Source: Monocercomonoides exilis PA203 | Lineage: Eukaryota > Protista > Preaxostyla | DNA: 64,000 nt | NCBI GenBank assembly: GCA_001643675.2 | Contig: LSRY02000002.1 | Coordinates: 1,426,001-1,490,000, forward strand | Direction: 5' to 3' | In this document: piece by piece, positions 22,901-44,380 of the stretch | Position numbering within the stretch: position 1 is the first letter of the stretch | Layout of the letters: every line of letters begins with the position of its first letter | The notes under the pieces: generated by a model | The model's database searches: none | Told to the model about the DNA's origin: nothing | Seen by the model: the letters and a program-made list of their open reading frames with translations, nothing else | Position numbers and translations under genes: made by a program

Positions 22901-25900
22901 AGGTGTCTGTTTCATCTTTTGCTGTATTGTCATTGACCATTGGCAATTGTCCATTGATTTGCTTTGGTGGAAGCAACGCTGCTGGCACATTTACCTCCAT
23001 GAATGTTGAGGATATGAGCTCGACATCTAATGGTGTTTTGTTTGGAGTGGAGAATGGAGCATCTTTTTCGATTAAAGATTCAACACTTTCAACGAAAGCA
23101 TCTTCGCAAACAGATTTGCCATCAGGATTAATAAGAGTAGTTTCCACAAATTCAGCTAAGTTGCTGAAGCTCACAAACAACACGATGAGTGGATTCAAAG
23201 GAGATGGAGGAAACGGAGGGGCAATTGAATGCACACTTGGGAGAGATTGCTCTCTTGAATTAGTTGGAGGGACGATGTCTGAGTGCGAGAGCAATGGAGG
23301 AAATGGAGGAGGGTTGTGGATTGAGATGAAAGAAGGATCATCCTTTACTGTGGGTAATATGACAGATTCTGACCAATTGCAAGAAACGACTTCATATGAT
23401 GAAAGTGACTTATTTCAACTTGTGAGCTGCAAGGCAGCACAAAACACAGATGGAGAGCACGGATTCGGAGGAGGGATTTATCTTCATTTGGATTGTGGGG
23501 CGAGTTCATTCATTTTGAAGGATGTTTCATTTGCTGGATGTGATGCCAGAGAAGGGAAAGAAATATTTGTTAATGCGGATGATCTTTCGAGTGTGATTGA
23601 CAGAAGCTCGATTGGATTTGAAGTTGATTTGGATGATTTAACAAAATTGAATGGATTCGAGAGATCAACACTGAATGAGACATTTGCCATCCCGCTGGTG
23701 GTGTATTTGTGGGATAACTTTTCAGGATCTGCTTTTGTTGGGGGATCATCAAATCATGATTTTTCAATGTGTGGATATGAGTCATTTCCATGCTCCACAA
23801 TCGCGAAGGCAGCATCTGTCCACTTTGAAGGGAAGAAAAAAGGCATAGTCATTCTGGAATCATTTGCCTTTGAGGATGAATTGAGCTTGAATGCGGATGA
23901 ATGGAGCGTCAAAGGAAATGAGAATGAAATGAAATGTGAGGTTGCCGATCTGGCAGAAGGAGCACAAAGTGGATTGATAGTAAGTTCAGTCATAACATCT
24001 ATGTCAGGTATTTCATTTTCGATATCTAAATCGCTGACATATCATAAAAGCGTGTTTGAGTGCCATTTAGAGAAGCTTGCACTGTACAAATGTGGGATGG
24101 AAGGAGGCACTGAGGCCATTTCGACAGTATTTGTGAAGGCAATTGGAGGAGTTGTGGAAGTCACTGAATTTGGATCAAAGAATATGATAAAAGGAGATTC
24201 ATCATTTTTCGTTGTTGAAGGTCATTCTGGAAGCATTCCTTCGATAAATATGACGAAGAGCGATTTTGGAGAAATCACATTTAACGACGGATGTGTTATT
24301 GAGTGTCATAATGGAAATATCGAGAAGATAACAGGATGCTCCTTTTCATCGATTTCTCGTTCGAAGGGAAGTGGAGGATGTGTAAGTGTTTCAAACAATG
24401 AGGATGAAAATGGAGATAACAAAGTGGAAATATTTGACTGCACATTTGAAGGATGTTCTGTTGTTGGAGAGGTAGAAGAGATCGGAGGGGGAGCACTCTT
24501 TTATGAAGCATCTGCAAATACAAATCTGTTGATGAATGGGTGTGAGTTTTATAGCTGCACAGCTCCATATGAAAGGGAAGAAATTGGATATGGAGGAGGA
24601 ATAATGCTGAAGATTCTGAAAGAAGAAGAAGAAGGAAAAGCAGGGTTTGTGATATCATCACCTGTTTTTTCATTTGAGAAGCCAAACAATGCTAAATATG
24701 GAAAAGATTTATTTATTTCATCTCCGTCTCTGATCACGAGCATCAAAAACGAAACGCTTCCATTTGTGAAAGAAAGATTGAAGTTGCTGACCGAAGACTC
24801 GATAAGAGGGTTTGATGGAGAAGACAAGGAATGTGCAATCCCGCTGATCTATTTCTGGAAATCTGTTGGATCGAGTGTGTATATTGCCGATGAGGGAAAC
24901 AATGTTGTTGTGTGTGGGTTGTTGGAGTATCCATGCCGATCTGTTGATTATGGGCTGAAGAGAGGGAATGGTTTGGGGATTGATTCGATTGTTGTTCAAA
25001 GGATTTGTGATGTGAAGAGTGAAATAAGTTTGAGTGGGATGAGGATGGAAGGAACAAATGACGAAACAGACAAAATTCAATTTGTGAAAGAGATTGAAGG
25101 AAATGGGAATGTTGTTGTTGAGTGCAAAGGAGTTGTTCGGTTCAAAGAAGTGGGGATTCTGATCCCCAGTGCCTTTGACAATGGGGCAAACACCCTCATC
25201 CAGACGGGTTCTGATGCAGTCAAAACGAGTATTGTTGGATGTTCAATTCACATGAGTGACAATGCTGAAGGTGAATTGTCATTTGTGTTAATTGGAGCTT
25301 CAAAAGGAATTGTCGAAATTGAAAAGACAAAGATAGCAGGGTTGACATCAATGCACGAGATAATGAGCATATCAGCTGATTGCATGATTGCCATGAGCGA
25401 TATCACATTTGAAACAGTTTCAATGAGTGGGAAAAGTGCACTGACAATGAGTGAAAGTGCGATTTTCAAAAGTGGAAATGATAATTCAGAAGAAAAATGG
25501 AATGTTGTGTTTGAGCAATGTTCGTTTGTGAATGTGAAGAATAATTTGACAAACAACCCTTCATTGCTTTGTTGTGATGTGCCGAATGAAGTGAGATTGA
25601 AAATGGAGAATTCCACAATTGATAAATGTGGATCGACAAGCTCGAATGAAGGAGGAGGCATGTTTTTCCTTCTCAATGAGAAAGGGAGTTTGGAGATTAA
25701 TCACACAAATGTGACAGAATGTTTCTGTTCGAATATTGGGAGAGGCGGAGGGATATTTTTGAAATCACAAAGTGATTCACAGAAGGCATTGCCATTTGTG
25801 CTGTCGAACATCACATTCAAGGGGAATGTTGCACTGAAGGGGAGGGATGTGTTTGTGAAGTGCACTGATCTTGACTCGCAGATAAGTGAATCACAGTTCT

Positions 25901-28900
25901 TGATAAATTTTGGGGAGCCATTTGTGAGGGAGCTGGCGATATGGGGTTGCACAGCAGACAATTATGGGGATGAAGAGGATCTATTGGGGAGGGTGTATGT
26001 GTTCAGAAGTGAATTCATATTTGTGTCTTCAATTGTGGAGAACAGCAATGACAGCAAGAACTGTGGGGAAATGAAGGGTGCATGCTCATCGCTGAATGTT
26101 GGAGTGAGCCACATCATCCCATCAGATTATTCACTGCTGTTTGTTTGGAATGAAACAGTTTTAACTGGTTCATGTTCAGCTCAGAAGGTGACAATCAAGT
26201 CGTGGAAGCAAACAGAAATGCTGAGATAAAAGTGAGAGAGTTCGATTTGGCATGTGAAGGAGTTGTGAGAACTTCAGAATCTGTTCGATTTGAGAAAGTA
26301 TCATTTGTTTTTAGTGGAATGAGAAATATTGTCTGCTCGTGCTTGATACACCAGCTAAATGAATCTCTCATTATGGAATCTGTTTCATTCTTGTCAGAGA
26401 GCAGACCAACAGAGAATTCGCAAATCATTTTTGACTTTTCTCTGATTGTTGTTGAAGAAGGGATTTTTCAGGCAGATCGGTGCAGTGTTGGTCACTTGAG
26501 CTTCTCGAAGACTGTATTCGAGATATTTCATTCAAAAAGAGTAACATTTGAGGATGTGGGAGTGGATAATATTGAATGCAAGAGTTCGTTGATTGAATGT
26601 GGAAAGAGTGAGGAAGTGAGCATTTCAAAGTTGATAGCCACAAACATAACTTAGCAAAATAGAAGTCTTATCTCAGTTGAAATTGGTCACTCTTCGCTCG
26701 TTTTATCTTTGGCATTATCATCATTCTCAAACATCAGCCGATTGACTTGTGGATCTTGCGTTGTTTGCACAAGTCATCTGATGAGTGAATTTGAAATGTG
26801 CAATTGCTCGTTCAGAAAATGCTCATCAGAGACTTCAAAGGGGAGCCAAATTGCGATAGCATTGGCAGAGAAGATATTGATTGAGTCGTGTGTGTTTGAA
26901 GGAAGTTTAGAGGAAAGAAACGAGAATTATATAAATCGAGAAGAAGAGATATGCAGATGGAATGGATCTCTTGTTGATGTCGAAAAGAGTTCTGCGATGA
27001 TAAAAGATACAACAATCTTGAATTCACCAGAGGGCGGAATAACAATGAGTGGGAGAAATGTGATAATTGAGAAAGGAGAGTTTTTGAATAACAATCCATC
27101 ATTTGAAGGATATCCATCATTGAGAAGAAATATCATCTGTTCAGATTCTGGAACATTGAATGTTGTGAGCTTGAAAGGAGGAGATGGATTGAAGGATGGC
27201 TCTTCATTGTGGATGTTGAATAATGGGTGCAGTTTTGAAGGGATTGTTTCAGAAAGGGATTCATCATTCTTTATTCCTGTGCTGGAGAGAGTGGAAGCAA
27301 AAGAAGAGACAGATAGAATGAAGCTGACATTCAAAGGAATGCTTCTTGTTCCATGCAATCTGTCATTCTCTGTTGTGAAGAGGAAAGGAGAAGAGAAAGA
27401 GATTGAAAAACATGATTTTGATTCAAATGGATTCCTGTCAGAAAGAGAAGTTGAAGGAAGTGTGGAAAAAGATCTTATCAGCAGTTGTGGAAATGAAATT
27501 GAGGTGAGTGTTCATATTTTGTTTGGGAATGCAGAATCTCCTTCATCAACAAATTCATTCATTCTGAAGAATGCAAGTGAAGCAAAGATGAATGGGGATG
27601 AAAAAGTGGTTGAAGGAGGAAAAGAAGGGAAATCTTATTGGTTTCTAATTGTGATTGTGCTTATTGTGGTTTTATTGATTGTTCTAATAATTTCGGTGAT
27701 ATTCATTGTTCGATGGAGAAAACAGAAGAGAAGAACAGAAGAATTGGAAGAGATTGTGAATGACAACAACAGTAAAGATCCAAAGGCGTTTGAGATGGTG
27801 ACGATGGAGATGTCACAAGAGGAACAATGGAGAAGAGCAGAAAGAGAGGCAGAAAAGAAGAATGAAGAGAGGATAAAGAAGAGAATATATGATACGAACA
27901 TGCAACACTCTGAGTCTTCAGAGCATCTTCTTTCTGAGAGTGGATCAACTGAATACATCCTTGGAAAAGACTCAGACAAGATTCCCGATTGGGCACTGGA
28001 GAAAGATGAGGAAGAAGAGATAAGGAAGAGAACACCATCTCCATCGGTCTCATCCACTTCTACCACTTCAACAACTGATTCAGATTCAACATTTATTCGC
28101 GGAGAGGAGTTGTGCCCGACCACTTCATCCATGTCGAATCTGGTAGATGCTATGAGCTGCTCGACTCCGCACGAGAAGCTGATTGTGGATCTGAGGGATT
28201 CGCTTTTCATGCTGCTTCATGGAAGGAACGAGAAGAAAGAGATGGCGATTGGCACTCTGGAGGAGCGAGAGGTGGCAGCAGCACAGATCCTGTTCTGGGT
28301 GGCAAATGGAGCTCTTCATTCATTTGATGAAATGGAAAATCCTCTTCAATCTCTTGCCAATCTGAGTCCTCACATTGTGTTGTTCTCTGAGCACATGGTG
28401 ATCTGCATTGTGATGCATTCTGATTTCCTTTCTTCTGATGATTCTAATTCCTCATCCATCTCATCATCAACAGTTGTGACTTCTGCAAGTGATGATGATG
28501 AGGACTCTCTTCCCTCATCCGCCTTTGAGAATGATGATTATTACAAAAAAGAGTGTCTGAGGTGGAAGGCACCCGAGCTGTTGATCAACAAGAAGATGGA
28601 AGCTACGAAGGAATCTGTTTCATTCTCTATCGGAATGATGCTGTGGGAGTGCTTGACACTTCAGATCCCGTTTGGGGATTATGAGGCAGAAGTGGCAGGG
28701 CAGAAGATTGTGAATGGAGAAAGGCAGGGTTGTAAAGCCATCGAAGAAAGTTCACTCTGTGTGTTGATTGGAAGATGCGAAAAACAGTCAGTAGAGGAGA
28801 GACCATCTCTGAACGAGCTGAAGCGGGAGTTTATCCAGCACTTTCCTGCTGGGGCTGTGATGCTTACCATTTCCGATGCAATAGGGCTTAATTCTGGCTA

Positions 28901-29006
28901 TGACGTTGATCGCAGAACCAATGAAAGTGGAAGGCCAGGAAGCAGATCATGTTCATTGACCAGCATCCATTTTATCACCGATTCAGAACAAGGTGGGAAG
29001 ATGTGA
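19984..29006 (+). pseudogene. Disrupted giant receptor-like gene: signal peptide, beta-helix repeats, TM, coiled coil and degenerate kinase C-lobe
   Basis: ORFs 19879-26229, 26172-26654 and 26709-29006 form one protein, broken by a 1-nt frameshift near 26202 (VTIKS/VEANRNAEIK) and an in-frame TAG at 26652-26654 (NIT*QNRSLIS). TM WFLIVIVLIVVLLIVLIISVIFIV. Kinase remnants LRWKAPEL, FSIGMMLWECLTLQIPF and ERPSL, without HRD/DFG. Confidence 0.8.
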
Positions 29007-29111
29007 AATTAGAAAAAAAAGTTTTGTAGATTTGAAAATATACCATTGGCGGGGGGGAAAAAAGGGTAGGGGGAATGCTTTTATATATTTCACAAATTAT
29101 TTTTGTTTTTC

Positions 29112-29297
29112 AAAAGAAAATGAGAATCAACTCCTTTGGAAAGGAGAAATTGGACAATTATAAATTCTCATGGAAAAAGTTATTCGACAATTTGTCAGCA
29201 ATGCAAAGTTCATCATGAAGTTGCTGAAAAGGCATTTTTTAAAAGAAAAATTTCAAAAAATATTCATTGTTTTAAAAAGCACACTCTATTTTGATCA
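29112..29297 (+). repeat. Dispersed ~185-bp repeat, copy 1
   Basis: Colinear with 60055-60243; shared blocks AAAAGAAAATGAGAA, AGGAGAAATTGGACAAT, CAATGCAAAGT, TCATGAAGTTGC, GAAAAGGCA, AAAAAGCACACTCTATTTTGATCA. Confidence 0.9.
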
Positions 29298-29659
29298 AAA
29301 AAATTTTATCTTTAAATGAAATATTATGTGAAACCAATGGCTCATTTTTTTTCAAGATATGAATACGAACATGATATCAGTTCAAAAAATAAGTTTGTTA
29401 TAATTGGTCCACCCAAAATGGATTTGCTTCAATTATTGTAAAAGATTCTTTGATTCAGATATTCTTTTATTTATCAGTATTTTCTAAATTAAAAACACCA
29501 AAAAATTGTTCTATTCAATGCATGTTATTCTCAAACTTAATATACTTTCATGTTGATGTTTGTGATATATAACTGAAAGTCTTCTCGTATGGATGTTTGT
29601 TTGCAAGTCTATTGATTTTTTATCTTTTTTTAATTAACAAAACACTTCTTTTATAAAAA

Positions 29660-39203
<9,544 letters not shown>

Positions 39204-39700
39204 ACTTGAAACGACAATTTTTTTTTGAGTTATCTTTAGTTCTTATAATAAGCAGTGTTTATTGTTTTAGTGGTTTTTATTGAATTATAATAATTATTAT
39301 TAATATTTTAATGAAAGAAAGGGTTAGCCTGTATTTATATATGAACATACACTTCAATTTAAAATAAGCATCATAAACAGCAAGCAATTGAAATGCGAAA
39401 TGCAAAAACACTCAAACAAAAATGTGCAATCATATAACAAAGCAAACAGATGCTATTTGTAACTTAAAGACAGTAAAGTTGAATCTAATTTATCTTTCTC
39501 ACTACAACTAAGATCTGAAAGAATTTGGTTTTAATTCTCCAACAACTATAAACAAAGATTCCGTCACTTGTTTCAAAATAATAGTCAAAAATACAACAAT
39601 AACAGAAGAAAAGCTGCTAAAATGAATGATAAATTGTAATATGAGCTCAAATCAGCTCTTTCCTCACATATCTTTATTCTTTTGTTGCATTGAACTTTCT

Positions 39701-41520
39701 TCATTTTTCAGTTGCATTTGGCTGCTCAATCGCATTTTCAATGTTGTCATGTGTCTTTTCGTCAACTGGGATAGTTGTTGCATAATATTCATATTCGTAC
39801 TCTTCTTCATCTTTTTTGTTTTCCTTGTTCTTTTTCTTTTCTCCCCCTTTGATATTTCCTTCCACCTCTTCCTCCTCTTCCTCTTCCTCTTCCTCTTCCT
39901 CTTCGACTTCTTCAATAATCTTCTCAATTCGATCTAATGGTATTGTTTTAAGTGCATCATCCAAAGTAACTGCTGTTTTGCTCAATTCTGCAATTCCTTT
40001 ATTTATCTCTTCCTCGGTTTTTTGATTTGCCTCATCATTCTCTTCTTCTTCTTCTTCCTCCTCCTCCTCATTGTCATCCTCCTCCTCTTCTTCTTCCTCC
40101 TCTTCCATCATCTTCTTTCTAGAAGATGTCTTGCCGCTTACAACGCTGTCCCTCGAATCAGAAGACGAACTCGAATAGCCCAGCCGGGCAGGTGACTCCA
40201 TCATCATTCTCCGAACAAGAATGCGCAGATGTGCCACAGCTGGCGACACGTGGCTTTCCTCTGAAAGCTCAGAACCTGCAGAAAGAAGACTATCATCAAC
40301 AGAAGTGTTAGACAAAGAGGAAGAAACAGCTCGTGAAGACTGAGAAAGAGAAGAAGGCTCTTTTGATGTTGAATAGTCCTTGATGATTGATGGCTGCTCG
40401 TGAAAATGAATGAAACGCACTTCACTTGTCAAAACATACTCGTAATAGATCAAACATATTCCGGGAAGAAGCTGCAATAATATTGCATATATAGAAAAAA
40501 GAATAGAAAAATTGATGCTAAAATGTGTTGCGATGAAGTTGAGCGAAGATTGATTCACAAAACGTTATTACGTTCAGTAAATGAAAGTTGATAATATCAG
40601 CTTTAATATTATTTTTTTTTTTGAAAAAAAATAATAAGCAAACCATGCATCCTCAAGATCACCATCCCCGTTCATCTTATTGATACAGTCCTCTCCTTGT
40701 GCTTCAAGTTCAAAGTAAAAAGAATTGGATCCCGCGCTTATGAGAATTAAAGAAAGAATTTGAAGTATGGAAATTACCAGAAGCATCACGCAGCAACTCA
40801 AAAACAACTTCAAAATCCTTTTCATTTGTGTTGTTCTCGCATTATTATGTTTTATCACAACAAACAGCGTATCTCCAACAAGAAGAATTGCTATGAAAAT
40901 ATAAATTACAGAATTAATTGCTGTACTTATTTTTTGTAGTTCTGTTGAATGCTCAACTGTTTCATGATCATTTGTCGGCTTATTAATAAATTATTTTAAA
41001 GGATAAAAATCAACAAAAATCATGGCATACAAGAGTAATCATCACGATAATGAATGAAATAATATGAAGGGCTACTAGGCATGTTAGAATGATTGTATGA
41101 AGCATTGAATTAATCTTTTGATTACGCTTTTCGAAAAGAAGAAGATTTGAGAGCCAAAATGAAAAGAGTGACAATGACATATTTAATGTCAAGCGTGGGG
41201 CAAAGTCTAGGAAGAAAAAATATGAGAAGTTTTTCCATGGAAACGGTACAATAAGTAGTAAACAGTTCAAGCAAAAATAAACTGTAAGTGAAATGAAAAG
41301 TGCAAAACGCAAGGCGTTGTGCCTTGGCCCTTGAATTATAATTTGAATTAACGAATATGAAGAAATAAGAAGTGCCCCAAAGTACAAAAGAAACTCGAAA
41401 ACAAATCCACCTCCACCCACGCCAAATAACACTGAAATAAATCTATCATAAAACAGACGTTTTTAAAAATAAAATTAAACCTGGCGCATCAATAAAAATT
41501 ATATTTTGGTCAATTGACAT
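39701..41520 (-). CDS. Multi-pass (~7 TM) membrane protein, THH1/TOM1/TOM3 (DUF1084)/GPR137-like, with acidic C-tail; multi-exon
   Basis: Exon 1 41520-41481 (MSIDQNIIFIDAP) splices in phase to 41431. Hydrophobic segments in ORFs 41010-41432, 40574-40858 and 39701-40558. FLDFAPRLTLNMSLSLFSFW and ILLQLLPGICLIYY resemble TM3 and TM7 of this family. Confidence 0.55.
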
Positions 41521-41585
41521 TTTTTAAATTCGTTTTTTTAATAAATGATATTTGAAAATGCATTATTGTGGTCAAGATCATAAAT

Positions 41586-42686
41586 ATGTCTTCCTATTTA
41601 CTGTTACCACAGTCAGAGGTAACATTTTCAAATGCATTATTTTACGATGATTCAATTAATCAGATAACGGTGGATGGTTTTGAGCAAATATCTTTTTTTT
41701 ATAATAAAGTTCAATACTTTTCTGAAATGTAGAAAAAACCACGGAAAAAAAATGGAGCTATATTGTTTTTGTTCTTGGATGGATTGCCCTTATATGTACT
41801 ATTGTTGTATCAATAGAAGAATCTTTTATTCCTGTTTGAAATTTTTATAGAATCAATTTTCTAAAAGCGTTATTTTTTGCAGCTTTTTTGGACATTATCG
41901 TTAATTTTCATTTTTACGGTATGAATTAATCTTAGTACGAAGAATTTTATCAATTGCAATTTTCGTCATCATCATCAATTTTCAAAAGACATTTCGTTCC
42001 GGATTTTCGAGTTATTCAGGAAGCGTCACCTTGGATACAGCAGAAGAGATGGTTCGTTTTACAAGAGGATCTAATTTATTCAGGAAAATTACATGTTCCA
42101 AGCTTCCTCCTCGTTCTGTTCCTTTGAAAGACGTAATAGCAATTGAGCCAAAGTTTGATTTGATTTTTCTTTGAATCTTTTCAGTTGCAAGCGCATATTC
42201 TTTCGCAATTTTTTAGAGTAATCTTACGTCCTCCACGTTCAAAAGTTTTGATATCAACAAAGTTCACTCTTTCTTGTGAAGTTCCTCAACTTACATCGCA
42301 AAGAGTCTGTTATATTTCTGGAAACGGGTTTTGCAGCGGAGAAGATTTCCGCAAATTAAAAATGAAATGGCTTCAGTGGAGAGAACAAAAATATCCCGAA
42401 GAAGCAGCTGCACGAAGAGAAGAGGTATTTTTTTGATTTATCTATTTTTGTGGTTTTTCATGTATCTTTCATTTTTTTTATAAATAAGATTCTTCTTCTA
42501 TCTGCTGGAATGTACACAACAAGAGATTTACAAGTGAAACAGGTTGAATACCGTTCATCTGCAAGCACTTCATCAAATTCTTCTTCATCGTCTTCCTCCT
42601 CATCTTCCTCTGATCCTTATATTTCATCTGAGATTCATTCAACCTTGCCTCCTGGATCGGTTGCTCGTCTTTCTGAGTCTTCTTGA
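41586..42686 (+). CDS. Hypothetical membrane-anchored protein, multi-exon
   Basis: In-phase splice path: MSSYLLLPQSE|(IT)|KKPRKKNGAILFLFLDGLPLY|LFWTLSLIFIFT|TFRSGFSSYSGSVTLDT...IEPK|VILRPPRSK...ARREE|ILLLSAG...SESS*. Confidence 0.55.
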
Positions 42687-43045
42687 TTATTCGATTTTTA
42701 TTGTTTCTTTGATACAACTGTTTCCGTTATTTGCATGTCACAATTACTCCCTCATTTCACGGAGTCTTTCAACGGATTTTCTGTGGAAAATTATTCATTT
42801 CATTGAAAGCCAAATTTTTGAGAATAGTTGAACTAATAATCATTCAAATGAGTTTGAACAACGGATTTGAAGATTTTTAAAAAGAACAACATTTCTCAAA
42901 ATATGTTTGAGTTTTTTATTTGTGTTCTTGAATATATGAATTGTTTGAGAATTCTGAATGAAAATGTAAAATGGTATTTGTTGAATTGAAAAACTGTGTT
43001 TAAGGGAATGATCGTGATTGAAACGTTCTAAACAACAAACCATCA

Positions 43046-44117
43046 ATGTCCGCTCCCGTTAGACATATTTTGAAATTCTCTGACCTTTCAAAAGTGTGAT
43101 TTTTGCTTGTTCAATAGAAAATTTTTGCTCTTTACTGTTTTTTGAAACTTTGAATTCAATTATAATATTGTCTTTTCTGTTGTCATAAAACTGCAATAAC
43201 AACAATAGGACGAAGTTATGCGCATTATTGATTGCGCTAAGTTGCTCAAAGCACACCCAGAAAAATTCGAAGACAGAATGCATCGCGAAACTTTGCTGAT
43301 GCTTTTTGAAAAGCCATCACTGAGAACTCGTGTTTCATTCGAAACTGGAATGACACAGATGGGCGGTCATGCTATTTTCTACTCTGTTGCCGACTCTCCG
43401 TTGGGCAAGAAGGAAACTTTTGGTGATACTGGAAAGGTTTTGTCAAGAATGGTGAATGTTGTGATGGCTCGTTTGAACAAGAGAACCGACATCCGCCAAC
43501 TTGCTGACAATTCTACAATTCCAATTATCAATGCACTTGATGACTTTGCTCATCCATGCCAAATGCTTGCTGATCTTTTGACAATCATTGAAAAGAAAGG
43601 CAAAGTTGAGGGATTGACACTCGCATATTGCGGAGATCTTCGCAACAATGTCACCTATGATTTAATGCGTCTTGCTTCGGTCATGGGATTCACGATCAAT
43701 GTTGCAGGACCTGAGGGACCAGGCTATTCTCCAGAGGAAGAAGTTCTGGAAGAGTGCAAAGAACTCTGCGCCAAATCTGGAGGTGCTGTTCATGTGTTCA
43801 CAAAATGTGCTGAAGAAGCTGTTACTGGTGCTGATGTTGTTTATTGCGATTCATGGATGTCATATGGTATCCCTGCTGATGAAAGCAAATCACGTATTGA
43901 AAAATTCATGCCATTCCAGGTTACTGGTGCAGTTATGTCAAAAGCCAAGCCAGATGCCATTTTCATGAACTGCTTACCTGCAGCCCGTGGAATGGAACAA
44001 ACAGCTGAAGTTATTGATGGACCACAATCTGTTGTCTTTGACGAAGCTGAAAACAGACTTCACGCTCAAAAGGCACTTCTTCTTTTCTTGTGCAACAAGA
44101 AAATGACCATTGAGTAA
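43046..44117 (+). CDS. OTC: Ornithine carbamoyltransferase, probably catabolic (arginine deiminase pathway); exons 43046-43093 and 43209-44117
   Basis: MSAPVRHILKFSDLSK|DEVMR..; FEKPSLRTRVSFE, HPCQ, GDLRNNV, DSWMSYG, NCLP, EAENRLHAQKA. Confidence 0.95.
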
Positions 44118-44380
44118 ATAAATATTTTTTAGTTGACCTTTATTTCAATGGACTTCACTTCTTAAATTATTTTTTGTATCTGTACACAATAATTACTGAC
44201 TTTACTCAAAATTTTATTAAAATTTATGACATTAAAATTAAAGAGAAACTCGGGAGAGGGGGAGGAAAAAATCAAAAGAATTCGATTATCATCATAACTT
44301 AATACACATTGGGAAGTATTTTTTGAATATTTGGTATTTGTTGTTTAGCAAAAATATAATAAAATTATTTTTGACATTTT

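Noticed and set aside
26652-26654. In-frame TAG as evidence for TAR=Gln recoding (known in some oxymonads)
   Set aside because: H1, cathepsin B, OTC and the TMEM94-like gene end in TAA and the saposin in TAG at expected C-termini; long ORFs contain no internal TAR
29051-29073. G-rich tract with G-quadruplex potential
   Set aside because: Single marginal motif with no supporting evidence
29320-29620. Possible degraded small GTPase (KFVIIGPPK..)
   Set aside because: No GKS/T, DxxG or NKxD motifs and multiple stops; too weak to support
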